From Bryobacterales bacterium (lineage in GTDB: Bacteria; Acidobacteriota; Terriglobia; Bryobacterales; UBA6623), in NCBI GenBank assembly GCA_965248305.1, contig OZ252099.1, forward strand, positions 1,009,981 to 1,073,980: 64,000 nt of DNA, written 5' to 3'. The translations under genes and the position numbers were made by a program. Every line of letters starts with the position of its first letter. Position 1 is the stretch's first letter. The notes beneath the pieces were generated by a model. The model worked only from the letters and a program-made list of their open reading frames with translations. It did no database searches and had not been told where the DNA came from. Below, piece by piece: positions 36,593 to 44,687 of this stretch.

Positions 36593-37516
36593 CTAGCGGG
36601 AGCGCGCAGGGCGTGTTGGTCCGAGCAGGACCGTCTGCCAGTCCCGCTGCAGCGGATACACGAAGACCGCCTTGGGCGTCTTCGCTGGCGCCGTGCCCCA
36701 GGCACCGCGCGCCTGGGTCTGTCCCAGATAGTGCCAGTTCGAGGCCCGGTAGCAGGTTCCCTTGTGCTGGTCGCTGACATAGGTTTCGACCAGCACGGGC
36801 AGCACGCCATGGACGCGCTGCCAGTCCGCGGCCAGCTGGCGCAAGCTCAGCCCCAGGACCTTTGACGCCAGGCATGGCACGCGCACCCAGGGAAACAGCA
36901 GGAAACGGGCTTGCCGCACAACCCGCTCCAGCGGCCGGTGGGGCTGGTCCTGCCAGCCGATCCAGCGGTCCCGCACCGCCAGGTAGCGGGCGGCGAAGTC
37001 GTACAACAGGCAGCCCAGCAGGCGCCCCTGACGGTCTTCGAGGAAGTAGCGCAGGTGGGAGCCGATGGGCTGGCGATAGCCCAGTGGATGGTAGCGTGCG
37101 AGGAATTCGTTCCCCAGGGCGGCCTCATCGCGGCCGCTGACGAGCCGCAAGCGCAGCGGCTCGAGCTGTGGCAGGGGGCCGTCGAGCGGGGCTTGGGGCG
37201 CACTGCGCTCGCCCAGCGAGAGGGGCCCTTGGCGGCCCCGTCCGGGGCCTTGGCGGGCGGGCAGGGCCAGGAGCGAGAGCCGTTCGAGTTCCTCCAGCAG
37301 ACGCAGCGCCAGTTGGATGCGGTTGCTGCCACGAGGGGTCTGCCACCGCAGGTGCTCGCAGACGGTGTGGCCCAGTTCGGTGCGGCTCAGCAGGGGCAAG
37401 CTGGTGACGATCTCCTGGATGTCCGCAATCTGGCTCCGTCGCAGGCGGTGGCCGCAGAAGGCGGTCGAGGCCAGCCGCACGATGCGCGGGTCCAGCGCGG
37501 CGGCGGAACGGGCCAT
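36593..37516 (-). CDS. DUF4338-domain protein (DruA-like)
   Basis: 307-aa ORF with the N-terminal pattern LSRTELGHTVCEHLRWQTPRGSNRIQLALRLLEELERLSLLALP. The C-terminal pattern is FLARYHPLGYRQPIGSHLRYFL...RDRWIGW...RFLLFPWVRVPCLASKVLGL...DWQRVHGVLPVLVETYV...GTCYRASNWHYLGQTQARG. I recognise both as DUF4338, but this was not verified by HMM search. The ATG follows the transposase stop directly (TGAATG). Confidence 0.7.
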   Translation of the reverse strand: MARSAAALDPRIVRLASTAFCGHRLRRSQIADIQEIVTSLPLLSRTELGHTVCEHLRWQTPRGSNRIQLALRLLEELERLSLLALPARQGPGRGRQGPLSLGERSAPQAPLDGPLPQLEPLRLRLVSGRDEAALGNEFLARYHPLGYRQPIGSHLRYFLEDRQGRLLGCLLYDFAARYLAVRDRWIGWQDQPHRPLERVVRQARFLLFPWVRVPCLASKVLGLSLRQLAADWQRVHGVLPVLVETYVSDQHKGTCYRASNWHYLGQTQARGAWGTAPAKTPKAVFVYPLQRDWQTVLLGPTRPARSR

Positions 37517-39306
37517 TCAGGCCGCCTTGTCCAGCTCGGTGTCCCCGCTGCTGGCGCCAGACGGGATCCAGTCCACCGGGGCCTTGCTGAGTTGTTCCCG
37601 ACGCTGCTCGCTCAGGCGCCACGGCAGCCAGGGATCGAGCTGTTGCGGGGCCTTGTTGCCATGGCGGGCACAGGCCGCCAGCCAGTCCAGCATCCAGGTA
37701 TACGGGTTCAGGCCCGCCAGGCGCACGGTCGCGAGTACGCCGAACAGCAGACCCGCCGCTCGCGCACCGTCCGGCCCGCCCGAGCCGAAGCTGGTGTAGC
37801 GGGCGATGACCGGCCCCCGCAGAACCCGCTCCGACAAATTGTTGTCGAGCGGGATGCGCGGGTCCGCCACGAAGCGGCTCAGCGATTCCCGGTGACTCAG
37901 CAAGGCCCCCAAGGCCCGTCCTTGCGCATCCACACGGGCCAACTCGGCACCGTGCTGGCTGCGGCCTTGGCCCACCTGGTCGAGCAGAATCCAGTCGAGC
38001 TTGCGATCCCCGCCCTCTTCCCGGGCGCGCTCGAACAACTCTTCCACTCGCGCTTGCAACTGCTGCTGGAGCGCCTGGAACGCCCCGCTTTGCCGCTCCA
38101 GCGGTTGCTGCGGAGCCCACTGCTGGAGCCGCTGTCGGTTCAGCTGGAACAATGCGCCGATGCGCTCGACCCACTCCTGTGCCCACGCCTTGAGTTCCGG
38201 GTGACCGGTGCCGGCCCGCACGAAATTGCGGCGGATATGCACCCAGCAATGGGAGAGCACCACCAGGTTCGGAAACTGCTTGGCAAAGGCCTTGTACGTG
38301 CTGTAGCAGTCACACACCAGCACGATCAACCCGCCCTGGCCGACCAACGAATCGAGCAATTGCCGGGCGGAGTCCAGGCCCCGGGTCGGCAGGATCCGCA
38401 TGCGGACCGTGTCGCCGGCCAGACAGGCCCACAGCCAGAACTTCGGCTTGGGTCGCCCGCGGGGAGGCGGGTCCTTGTTGTCGTCCTCGCTCGGGGCCAG
38501 CCACTGCACTGGCCAGGAGGTCTCGTCGGCCTGGGCCACCGGCTGCTGCTGTGGATACTCTCCGATCGCCGCAGCCCCGTTGACAGCGTCGACTGCGGCA
38601 CGCGCAGCCCCAGTGCCGCCAGATCCCGGGCGACCGCCGCCTGCGGACGGAACAGCGCGTAGACCTGCACCAGACACCCGGCCCACACACTGGTGCCCAA
38701 CTGGCTGGTGCCCAGCCGGGGAGCCGGCGGGGCGCTCACCGGCCGGGCTGAGCAACAGTCGCAGTCCGGACCATAGCGCTGGCGCACCACCTTGCGCACC
38801 AGCGCGTTCCAGACCAGCTCGTACAACCAGCTGATCTTGTGCCCGCACGGCACGTAGGCGGTGCCGCAGTCCGGACAGCGGCGCTCCTGCTCGGGCACGT
38901 CCAGCCACTCGAACACCACGGGCAGGTCGGGCCGCTGCTCGCGCGGCGGGGTCGGCGAACCCGGTTCCCGCCCGCGCTTCCTGCGCGGCCGGACCGCCGG
39001 ATCCTTGCTCGCGGCCGGATCCGGCGCGGGCGTTTCCCCGGCCGCTGTCTCGGCGGCCGACGGGTCGGCAGCGACTGTCGCCGTGGCGGACGGGTCGTCC
39101 CCGCCCGCTGGCGTGGCCTCGCTCTTGCGTCCGAACAGCGACCGTTGCAGGTTCGCCAGCTGGGCTTGCAGCCCAGCCTCCCGTTCCTGCGCAGCCTGCA
39201 AGTCGGACTGTGCAGCGTCGAGTGCGCGTTGGAGTTGCTCGCAGCGAGCGCACGCGGGCTGCCCCCCGACTGGCTGTCCTTTCTTGCTGGACTTCGTCCT
39301 GCCCAT
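37517..39306 (-). pseudogene. IS66-family transposase, needs a -1 frame change near 38565-38572
   Basis: The N-terminal frame has MGRTKSS...coiled coil...CPDCGTAYVPCG (zinc finger). The C-terminal frame has ADETSWPVQ..., VCDCYSTYKAF, LSHCWVHIRRNF (IS66 CWAH.RR.F motif) and DNNLSERVLRGPVIAR. The total is 1790 nt (2 mod 3). Confidence 0.8.
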
Positions 39307-39817
39307 AACGACCGGGCTGACCGCCCGATCCTACGATGGCAAGGTTGCCGAGGCAAAGTCAAGTGCGCAGCCGATATTTTCTTGCTTGCCCATCGAGCCC
39401 TGCCCGACGCCATCCACCCGCTCCACCGACGCCGACCGGTTGCTCCTCCGGCTGCCCCGGAACTCCTTGCCTCAGCGTTGCGGTTGCCGACGAAATCCGG
39501 TTCGCCTGCCTCTGCGCTACTCTCGTGGTTCTGCGGCAGAGCCTAACTGTAGCGCCCCGAAACCTGAATGCTTACGCTCTCTGTACCAGTCCCTCGCTTC
39601 TATTGCTCTCGCATTCAACTCGTCTGTTGGATCAAACAGGCCGATCCAATAGCAACTATCCACGAAAATCCTATTCATTGCAATTCTTCGCGTTTCCTGC
39701 TTGATCGGACGGAGTCCAGTTGCTATTTGCCACGAGAGCCTTGACCTTAAATTCTTGAGAATGCCCCGCGAGGCCCAGAATCAAACCCTGACGTCGGACT
39801 ACGCGCTCGCTCAACGC

Positions 39818-40831
39818 TCAGACAGCGACTTGGGTGCTCGTCGCAGTCGCAGTCGACTCATCCTGCGACATGATTAGTTGCATGGCTGCTTCCCTAAGGG
39901 CTTCCGGGACGTCACGATCGGCTTTCGCGAGTAACAGGCACTCTACGGTCCTAACAGAACCACGACGAACAGCATCGACCAAGATCGTCTCGCCCCAGTG
40001 CCGATCCATAAAGTCGGTCGTCGCGCCACTGTTCAGTAATGCATTCGCGGTCTCGACATGACCCCGCACGGCCGCTTGCTGCAGTGCTGTCCAATGCAGC
40101 TTGCGGTCTTCGCAATCGATAGAGGACCCTCCCTGTAACAGCGCTTTAACAGTCCGAACGTTGTTCCGGATGGCAGCCTCCTGTAAAGCTGTTCGTCCAG
40201 ACCGCTTGTTCGCTATGTCAGCGTCGGCACCGTGATCTAGCAGGGTCACAACGACCTCCGCGTGATCTCGGATGGCAGCCTCGTGCAGGGCAGTATCGCC
40301 CCAGTCCTCATCCAAGGCGTTGACGTTAGCCGTTGCCACTAGCATTTGGACGACTTCTAAGTGACCATGGCGGGATGCCAGTTGGAGTGGCGGTTTGCCC
40401 CATGTCTGTTCCGTCAAGTTGGCATCAGCTCCAGCGTCCAAGAGCAACCTGACGATCGAGGCGTATCCCCGCTGTGAGGCCAACAGCAATGGTGTCGCGC
40501 CATTCGCGTCGACGGTGTTTACAGAAGCTTCATGCTTCAAGAGCACTTGCGCGACATCCTGGTGGCCTTCCCATGCGGCCAGGTGGAGGGCTGCCAAACC
40601 AGTAGGCCCACGAAGGTCGGGCAGAACGCTATCAAGTACGGCCTCAACGATTCTTGGATGCCCGTTACGAGCGGCGAGATGCAGTGGTGTCCAGCCGTCA
40701 TTGTCCGGGACGGAGTAATCGGCCCCCTTTCGGACTTGGGCCACGAATGTTGCAGCATCCCCCGCCGCCGCTGCCCGGAAAATGGAATCATGTGATTGAT
40801 TGATGCCGTCGGTATCGGTATGTTGCATCAT
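39818..40831 (-). CDS. Ankyrin-repeat protein (about nine repeats)
   Basis: 337-aa ORF with repeated 33-aa units of the form G.TPLH.AA..GH..vv..LL..GAd.n (DGWTPLHLAARNGHPRIVEAVL, TGLAALHLAAWEGHQDVAQVLLKHEASVN, NGATPLLLASQRGYASIVRLLLDAGADAN and others). Confidence 0.85.
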   Translation of the reverse strand: MMQHTDTDGINQSHDSIFRAAAAGDAATFVAQVRKGADYSVPDNDGWTPLHLAARNGHPRIVEAVLDSVLPDLRGPTGLAALHLAAWEGHQDVAQVLLKHEASVNTVDANGATPLLLASQRGYASIVRLLLDAGADANLTEQTWGKPPLQLASRHGHLEVVQMLVATANVNALDEDWGDTALHEAAIRDHAEVVVTLLDHGADADIANKRSGRTALQEAAIRNNVRTVKALLQGGSSIDCEDRKLHWTALQQAAVRGHVETANALLNSGATTDFMDRHWGETILVDAVRRGSVRTVECLLLAKADRDVPEALREAAMQLIMSQDESTATATSTQVAV

Positions 40832-40925
40832 TTCTCAACGCTTACATTATATGGATGGTTCGATACTCTGTTCGTTTTCCGCAATGCTGGTTTCCTTCTT
40901 GATTTCGCCGTCCTGTGTGTACACG

Positions 40926-41504
40926 CTAAACCTGATGCGACCGGGCGGCACCCTGGTAAACAGGACATTGCCGAAAACCCGAAGTGTCCGCTCGCTGGTT
41001 GTACACACGGCCGTGTAGCAACGAACCGCGTTCGTCGGCGGTGTAACCGGCTGGATCTGCCGATAGGTGTACCCTGACTCCGCCAATGAGAGCCCCTGAC
41101 GAATCAAGTACTTGCACATGAGCGGTTCCACCGCGGCGGTCAAGGACGATATCGTCTAGTAGCGTGTCTTCCGCCGCTCGCTTGAACCTCTTGGAAGACT
41201 TCGGCAAGTATTCGTCAGCTAGCACGTCAACTACGAACTCCACGTCAATACCCACCGCCTGTAATAGAAACAAACCATCGGCATCGGTTCGTTCAAAGTT
41301 GTTGAATGCTGTCCGACGAATGGGCTTGTCCGGTTCGTAATAGCGAACCTGGACCAGCGCGTCCGCGATCCCGTTCCCTTCTTCATCAACGACTTTGCCC
41401 TTCAAGTACTGACCTTGAGGCAGCGCGAAGTTGATCACCACCGGACCGGTGGTCCCCGCGGCGATGTAATGTTCGTCCGGTGGGCGCTGGTCAGATTCCG
41501 CCAT
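40926..41504 (-). CDS. Carboxypeptidase-regulatory-like (beta-sandwich) domain protein
   Basis: 192-aa ORF. GKVVDEEGNGIADALVQVRYYE...FERTDADGLFLLQAVG is typical of CarboxypepD_reg/Cna-B-like folds. IS copy A sits 3 nt upstream of its ATG. Confidence 0.5.
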   Translation of the reverse strand: MAESDQRPPDEHYIAAGTTGPVVINFALPQGQYLKGKVVDEEGNGIADALVQVRYYEPDKPIRRTAFNNFERTDADGLFLLQAVGIDVEFVVDVLADEYLPKSSKRFKRAAEDTLLDDIVLDRRGGTAHVQVLDSSGALIGGVRVHLSADPAGYTADERGSLLHGRVYNQRADTSGFRQCPVYQGAARSHQV

Positions 41505-41507
41505 GAT

Positions 41508-44097
41508 CAGACTTCGTTACACCGTTTCATTTGGTTTGGATAGTTTGGATGCAGGGAGCGGCGGCTTGGGGTTGGCCGGGGTGGGCTGGGAGGAGGCTGA
41601 GCAGGGCAGGTCGTCCGACAGCATGCGGTACACCAAACGGAGTTGGGTGCCGGGGAAGACGGTGCGCGTGCGGTTGAGCTCGTCGAGCAAGGGGGCCAGG
41701 GCGCGATCCTGGGCGCGGGTCGGCTGGTGCAGCAGGCGCACGGTGAGGGTCCCGGCTGACTCGTCAGGGTGCAGGCTGGCGTCAGCCTGAAACAGCGACT
41801 TGAGCAGGCTGCGGGCGGTGTCGGGATTGTCGAGCGCGGGCGCAACCGCGGTCGTCATCGCTGTTTCGGCGCGGTAGGCCAGCATGCGCAGGGTGTCTAG
41901 CAGTAGGCGCAGCGGTTGGGGCAGGGCCTGCAGCCGTGCCTCCGGCGAGAGCTCGCCGGCCAAGATGTGCTGGTCGGTCACCTTGCGTGCCAGCAGCAGG
42001 CCTTGGATGGTCTGGTCGCAAGTCTGGATGCGCGCTTCCAGCGCGCGCGCTGGGGCGGATCCGGCGTCGGCTTGCAGGGCCAGCTTGCGGCGCAGGTTGC
42101 CGACCGAGTTGCGGGCTTGCTTGAGCGCCTTGCCGATGGTGCGGCAGGCCGGGTTGACGACCCAGGCGTCGGCCTCGACCTCCACCAGGGCATGCTCGGG
42201 CAGGGTGTCGAGGCCGAACTCGGCGCGCAGATACTTGAAGAAGTTCTCCTGCGTCCAGCGCGAGCGCAGCAGGCCCGCCGCTTGCTCGGCCGTGAGGTCG
42301 GGATGCGTGGTCAGCAGCGCGGGCTGGCGCTGGTCCGGCCCCGGCCGACCCGCCAGCTCGAGCGGCTTGCGCGGCTGGCCGCGCTGGCCCGTGCCGCGCA
42401 CACGGCGGTCGATCCAGAAGCGGATCTCGCGCGCCTGGCAGCCTGCGCCCAGATCGTACGGTCGCTCGGCCAGCTGGCCCTCCAGGCGGGCCGACCCGCC
42501 CGGGGCGCGCACTGGGATGACGGCCTCCCGGAAGTCGCTATCCGGCCAGCGCTGCGCCTGCGAGCCCTTGATCCAAGTCACCACCGCGATGCCCAGCGCG
42601 CGCAGCTCGCGGAACAGGCGCGGGCTCCAGCCCTCGCGGTCGAAGACCAGCGTCAGGCGTGGTGCGCCAGCGCCTGCCAGCAGGCCCAGCTGGCGCAACT
42701 GCGGCACAATCCCGTTCCAGATCTCAGACACCATGCCGGCGTCTATCTGGCGGTGCAAGCACAGCAGCGGCGCCCCGCCCAGCGCGTGCACCCAGTAGCC
42801 GACCGAGGCCGGCAGGGCCAGCTTCTGGCGGGTCACGAAATGTTTCGGCAGCCGGCCCTGACCGCTGTAGACCTGCACGTGGCCATCGACGAACAGCGTG
42901 GCGACGGCCTCCGGATCGTCTGCACACCAGTCCTGGGTCAGGCAGCCGACCCAGGCCGGCAGCCCCTTGGCAGCGGCCAGCTGGTGCGTGCGGCGGCGCA
43001 GGGTGCGCGGGCAGGGGCAGCGGTCCAGGCCCAACAGGGCGCCCCACTCGCCGGGCTGCTGGTAGCGCAGCCGCTCGGCGCAACGCACCCGGCCCAGCAG
43101 CAGGAAGGCCCACAGCAGCAGCAGCGACTGCAGGCCGTAGAAGCCCTTGGGTAGCGTCAGCTGGTCGAGGTGGCGCAGCAGGCCGGCCTGCAGCAGGCTC
43201 GGCAGGGCGGTCAGCACGCCGCCCCCGCTGACGGCCGCGGCGGCGGCGAAGCGCGGGGCGCGCCCGTCGAGCGCCCCCAGGCTGGCCGCTACGCGGCCCG
43301 CCGTGTCGTGCGCCGCGCGGCCGCGCGGGGCGGCGGCGTCACGCCGGTTGCGGTCTTCCTTGCCGGGGGCCGCCGACGGCGGCGCACTGGGCGCCGCGCC
43401 GCCGGGCTGCGGGCCCGCTCCCTGAGCGTCACTGTCACGCTCGGCGGGCGCGCCGGCGCGGCGCCGTGGCAGGCACTGGCTGGCCGGTAGCAAGCCCTGT
43501 TGGGTGTAGCGCCACAGCGTCGATTGCGAGACGCCCAGTTGCTGGGCCACGCGGTACAGGCTGAGCCCGGACCGCAGCATGCGGGCGGCCTGGGCCAGCT
43601 GCGCGGGGTCCACGATGCCATCGGGGCGGCGCGGCTTGGGGGCGGGCGCGAAGCCAAGCTCACCCTGCACCTGCAGCCGCTGCACGGCGCGCGAGACGGT
43701 GCTCTGGCTGATGCCGTGGGCGCGGGCCAGTTCGGACTGCGTAGCGAGGCCGAACAGGGCGAAGCGGGCCAGGCAGAGATTGCGCTCTAGCTTGTGGTCG
43801 GCCGTGTGCGAGCAGACGGGGTCGGTGTGCACGAAGTAGACGACGCGGTCGCCCTCGCGCAGCATGCTGAGGCGCGCGCTGATGGGCGTGGCGTGCGGGG
43901 GTTGGAGCGGCAGAGCGGCGGGCAGGCCAGTGGGCGCGGGCAGTTTGGCGGGCGAATACATATGCATTCAAAATAGCATGTTCTGGGGCGCAAGTCAAGT
44001 CCGGATGCGGCCGGGGAGGGAGCGTGAAAGCTTGACCCAGCAGCTAGTTACGAGGCTCTAGGCCTCTTTGCAGAGAGTTCCGATGTAACGAAGTCTG
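41508..44097 (-). mobile_element. Insertion sequence, copy A (2590 bp, intact), unclassified DDE element
   Basis: Perfect 14-bp terminal inverted repeats CAGACTTCGTTACA (41508-41521, and the reverse complement of 44084-44097). The 5-bp direct duplication ATGAT lies at 41503-41507 and 44098-44102. Confidence 0.9.
41517..43967 (-). CDS. IS transposase (816 aa) with two N-terminal HTH motifs and an IS4/IS1380-superfamily-like catalytic signature
   Basis: HTH-like ARAHGISQSTVSRAVQRL and LYRVAQQLGVSQSTLWRYTQQG. Candidate DDE positions are ATLFVDGHVQVYSG and TLVFDREGWS, plus RSRWTQENFFKYLRAEFGLDTLP (an RW.iEn.fk.lK-type motif). The family call is inference. Confidence 0.8.
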   Translation of the reverse strand: MHMYSPAKLPAPTGLPAALPLQPPHATPISARLSMLREGDRVVYFVHTDPVCSHTADHKLERNLCLARFALFGLATQSELARAHGISQSTVSRAVQRLQVQGELGFAPAPKPRRPDGIVDPAQLAQAARMLRSGLSLYRVAQQLGVSQSTLWRYTQQGLLPASQCLPRRRAGAPAERDSDAQGAGPQPGGAAPSAPPSAAPGKEDRNRRDAAAPRGRAAHDTAGRVAASLGALDGRAPRFAAAAAVSGGGVLTALPSLLQAGLLRHLDQLTLPKGFYGLQSLLLLWAFLLLGRVRCAERLRYQQPGEWGALLGLDRCPCPRTLRRRTHQLAAAKGLPAWVGCLTQDWCADDPEAVATLFVDGHVQVYSGQGRLPKHFVTRQKLALPASVGYWVHALGGAPLLCLHRQIDAGMVSEIWNGIVPQLRQLGLLAGAGAPRLTLVFDREGWSPRLFRELRALGIAVVTWIKGSQAQRWPDSDFREAVIPVRAPGGSARLEGQLAERPYDLGAGCQAREIRFWIDRRVRGTGQRGQPRKPLELAGRPGPDQRQPALLTTHPDLTAEQAAGLLRSRWTQENFFKYLRAEFGLDTLPEHALVEVEADAWVVNPACRTIGKALKQARNSVGNLRRKLALQADAGSAPARALEARIQTCDQTIQGLLLARKVTDQHILAGELSPEARLQALPQPLRLLLDTLRMLAYRAETAMTTAVAPALDNPDTARSLLKSLFQADASLHPDESAGTLTVRLLHQPTRAQDRALAPLLDELNRTRTVFPGTQLRLVYRMLSDDLPCSASSQPTPANPKPPLPASKLSKPNETV

Positions 44098-44687
44098 ATG
44101 ATCAGGATGCCACCCTGGTTCTCAACTTAATCTTGAAATCGCCCTCCTTTTCGACTTCGACATGGTGTGTGGTAGACGTGATGTTCATAGGAGTTGTGAA
44201 GTCCACGATAATATTGCTGACCGGCTGACCCAACAATCGGAACCACCTCCGTCCGTGCCGGGAAATTGAGGGCGGCGCAGTTTCCTTATACGATGTCTGG
44301 AATGGCGACCACGAAACCGGAGGGTTGGTAGATCCCAGGTACGCCGCGCAGGCTGGTTCATGGCCATCGTCGTAGCATATCCGTCACACTGCGCGGTCAC
44401 CATCACAGGCCTTTCTTGGTGCCTAATCTTTCCTTCGCCATCAGAGCGTGCCATGGACGAGAAGATTCATAGCCTGTTCGTCAAACGAATGGAGTTGATA
44501 TTGGATAAGCGGAAGAACGATGCTGCGGTCGCAGCAATGCAGGTGCGTATAGCAAGGCCAACAAACACTCATGAACGGCGCGCCGCTCACCCCGACGCCA
44601 TGAAACACGAGATCCCCAAAGTTGAAATCTGCTGTGCCCGCCGTGCGAAGCTTGTGCCTTAAGCGAAAGAGGCTCCCGCATGATGTT

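Larger units (their letters stand above)
36525..39574 (-). mobile_element. IS66-family element (3050 bp) carrying a transposase and a DUF4338 passenger gene
   Basis: Termini with the canonical IS66 GTAAGC start: GTAAGCGTTCAGATGGCGAGGCG at 36525, and the reverse complement of 39552-39574, GTAAGCATTCAGGTTTCGGGGCG (17 of 23 identical). No 8-bp target duplication (CCTGCAAC on one side, GCTCTCTG on the other). Confidence 0.8.
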
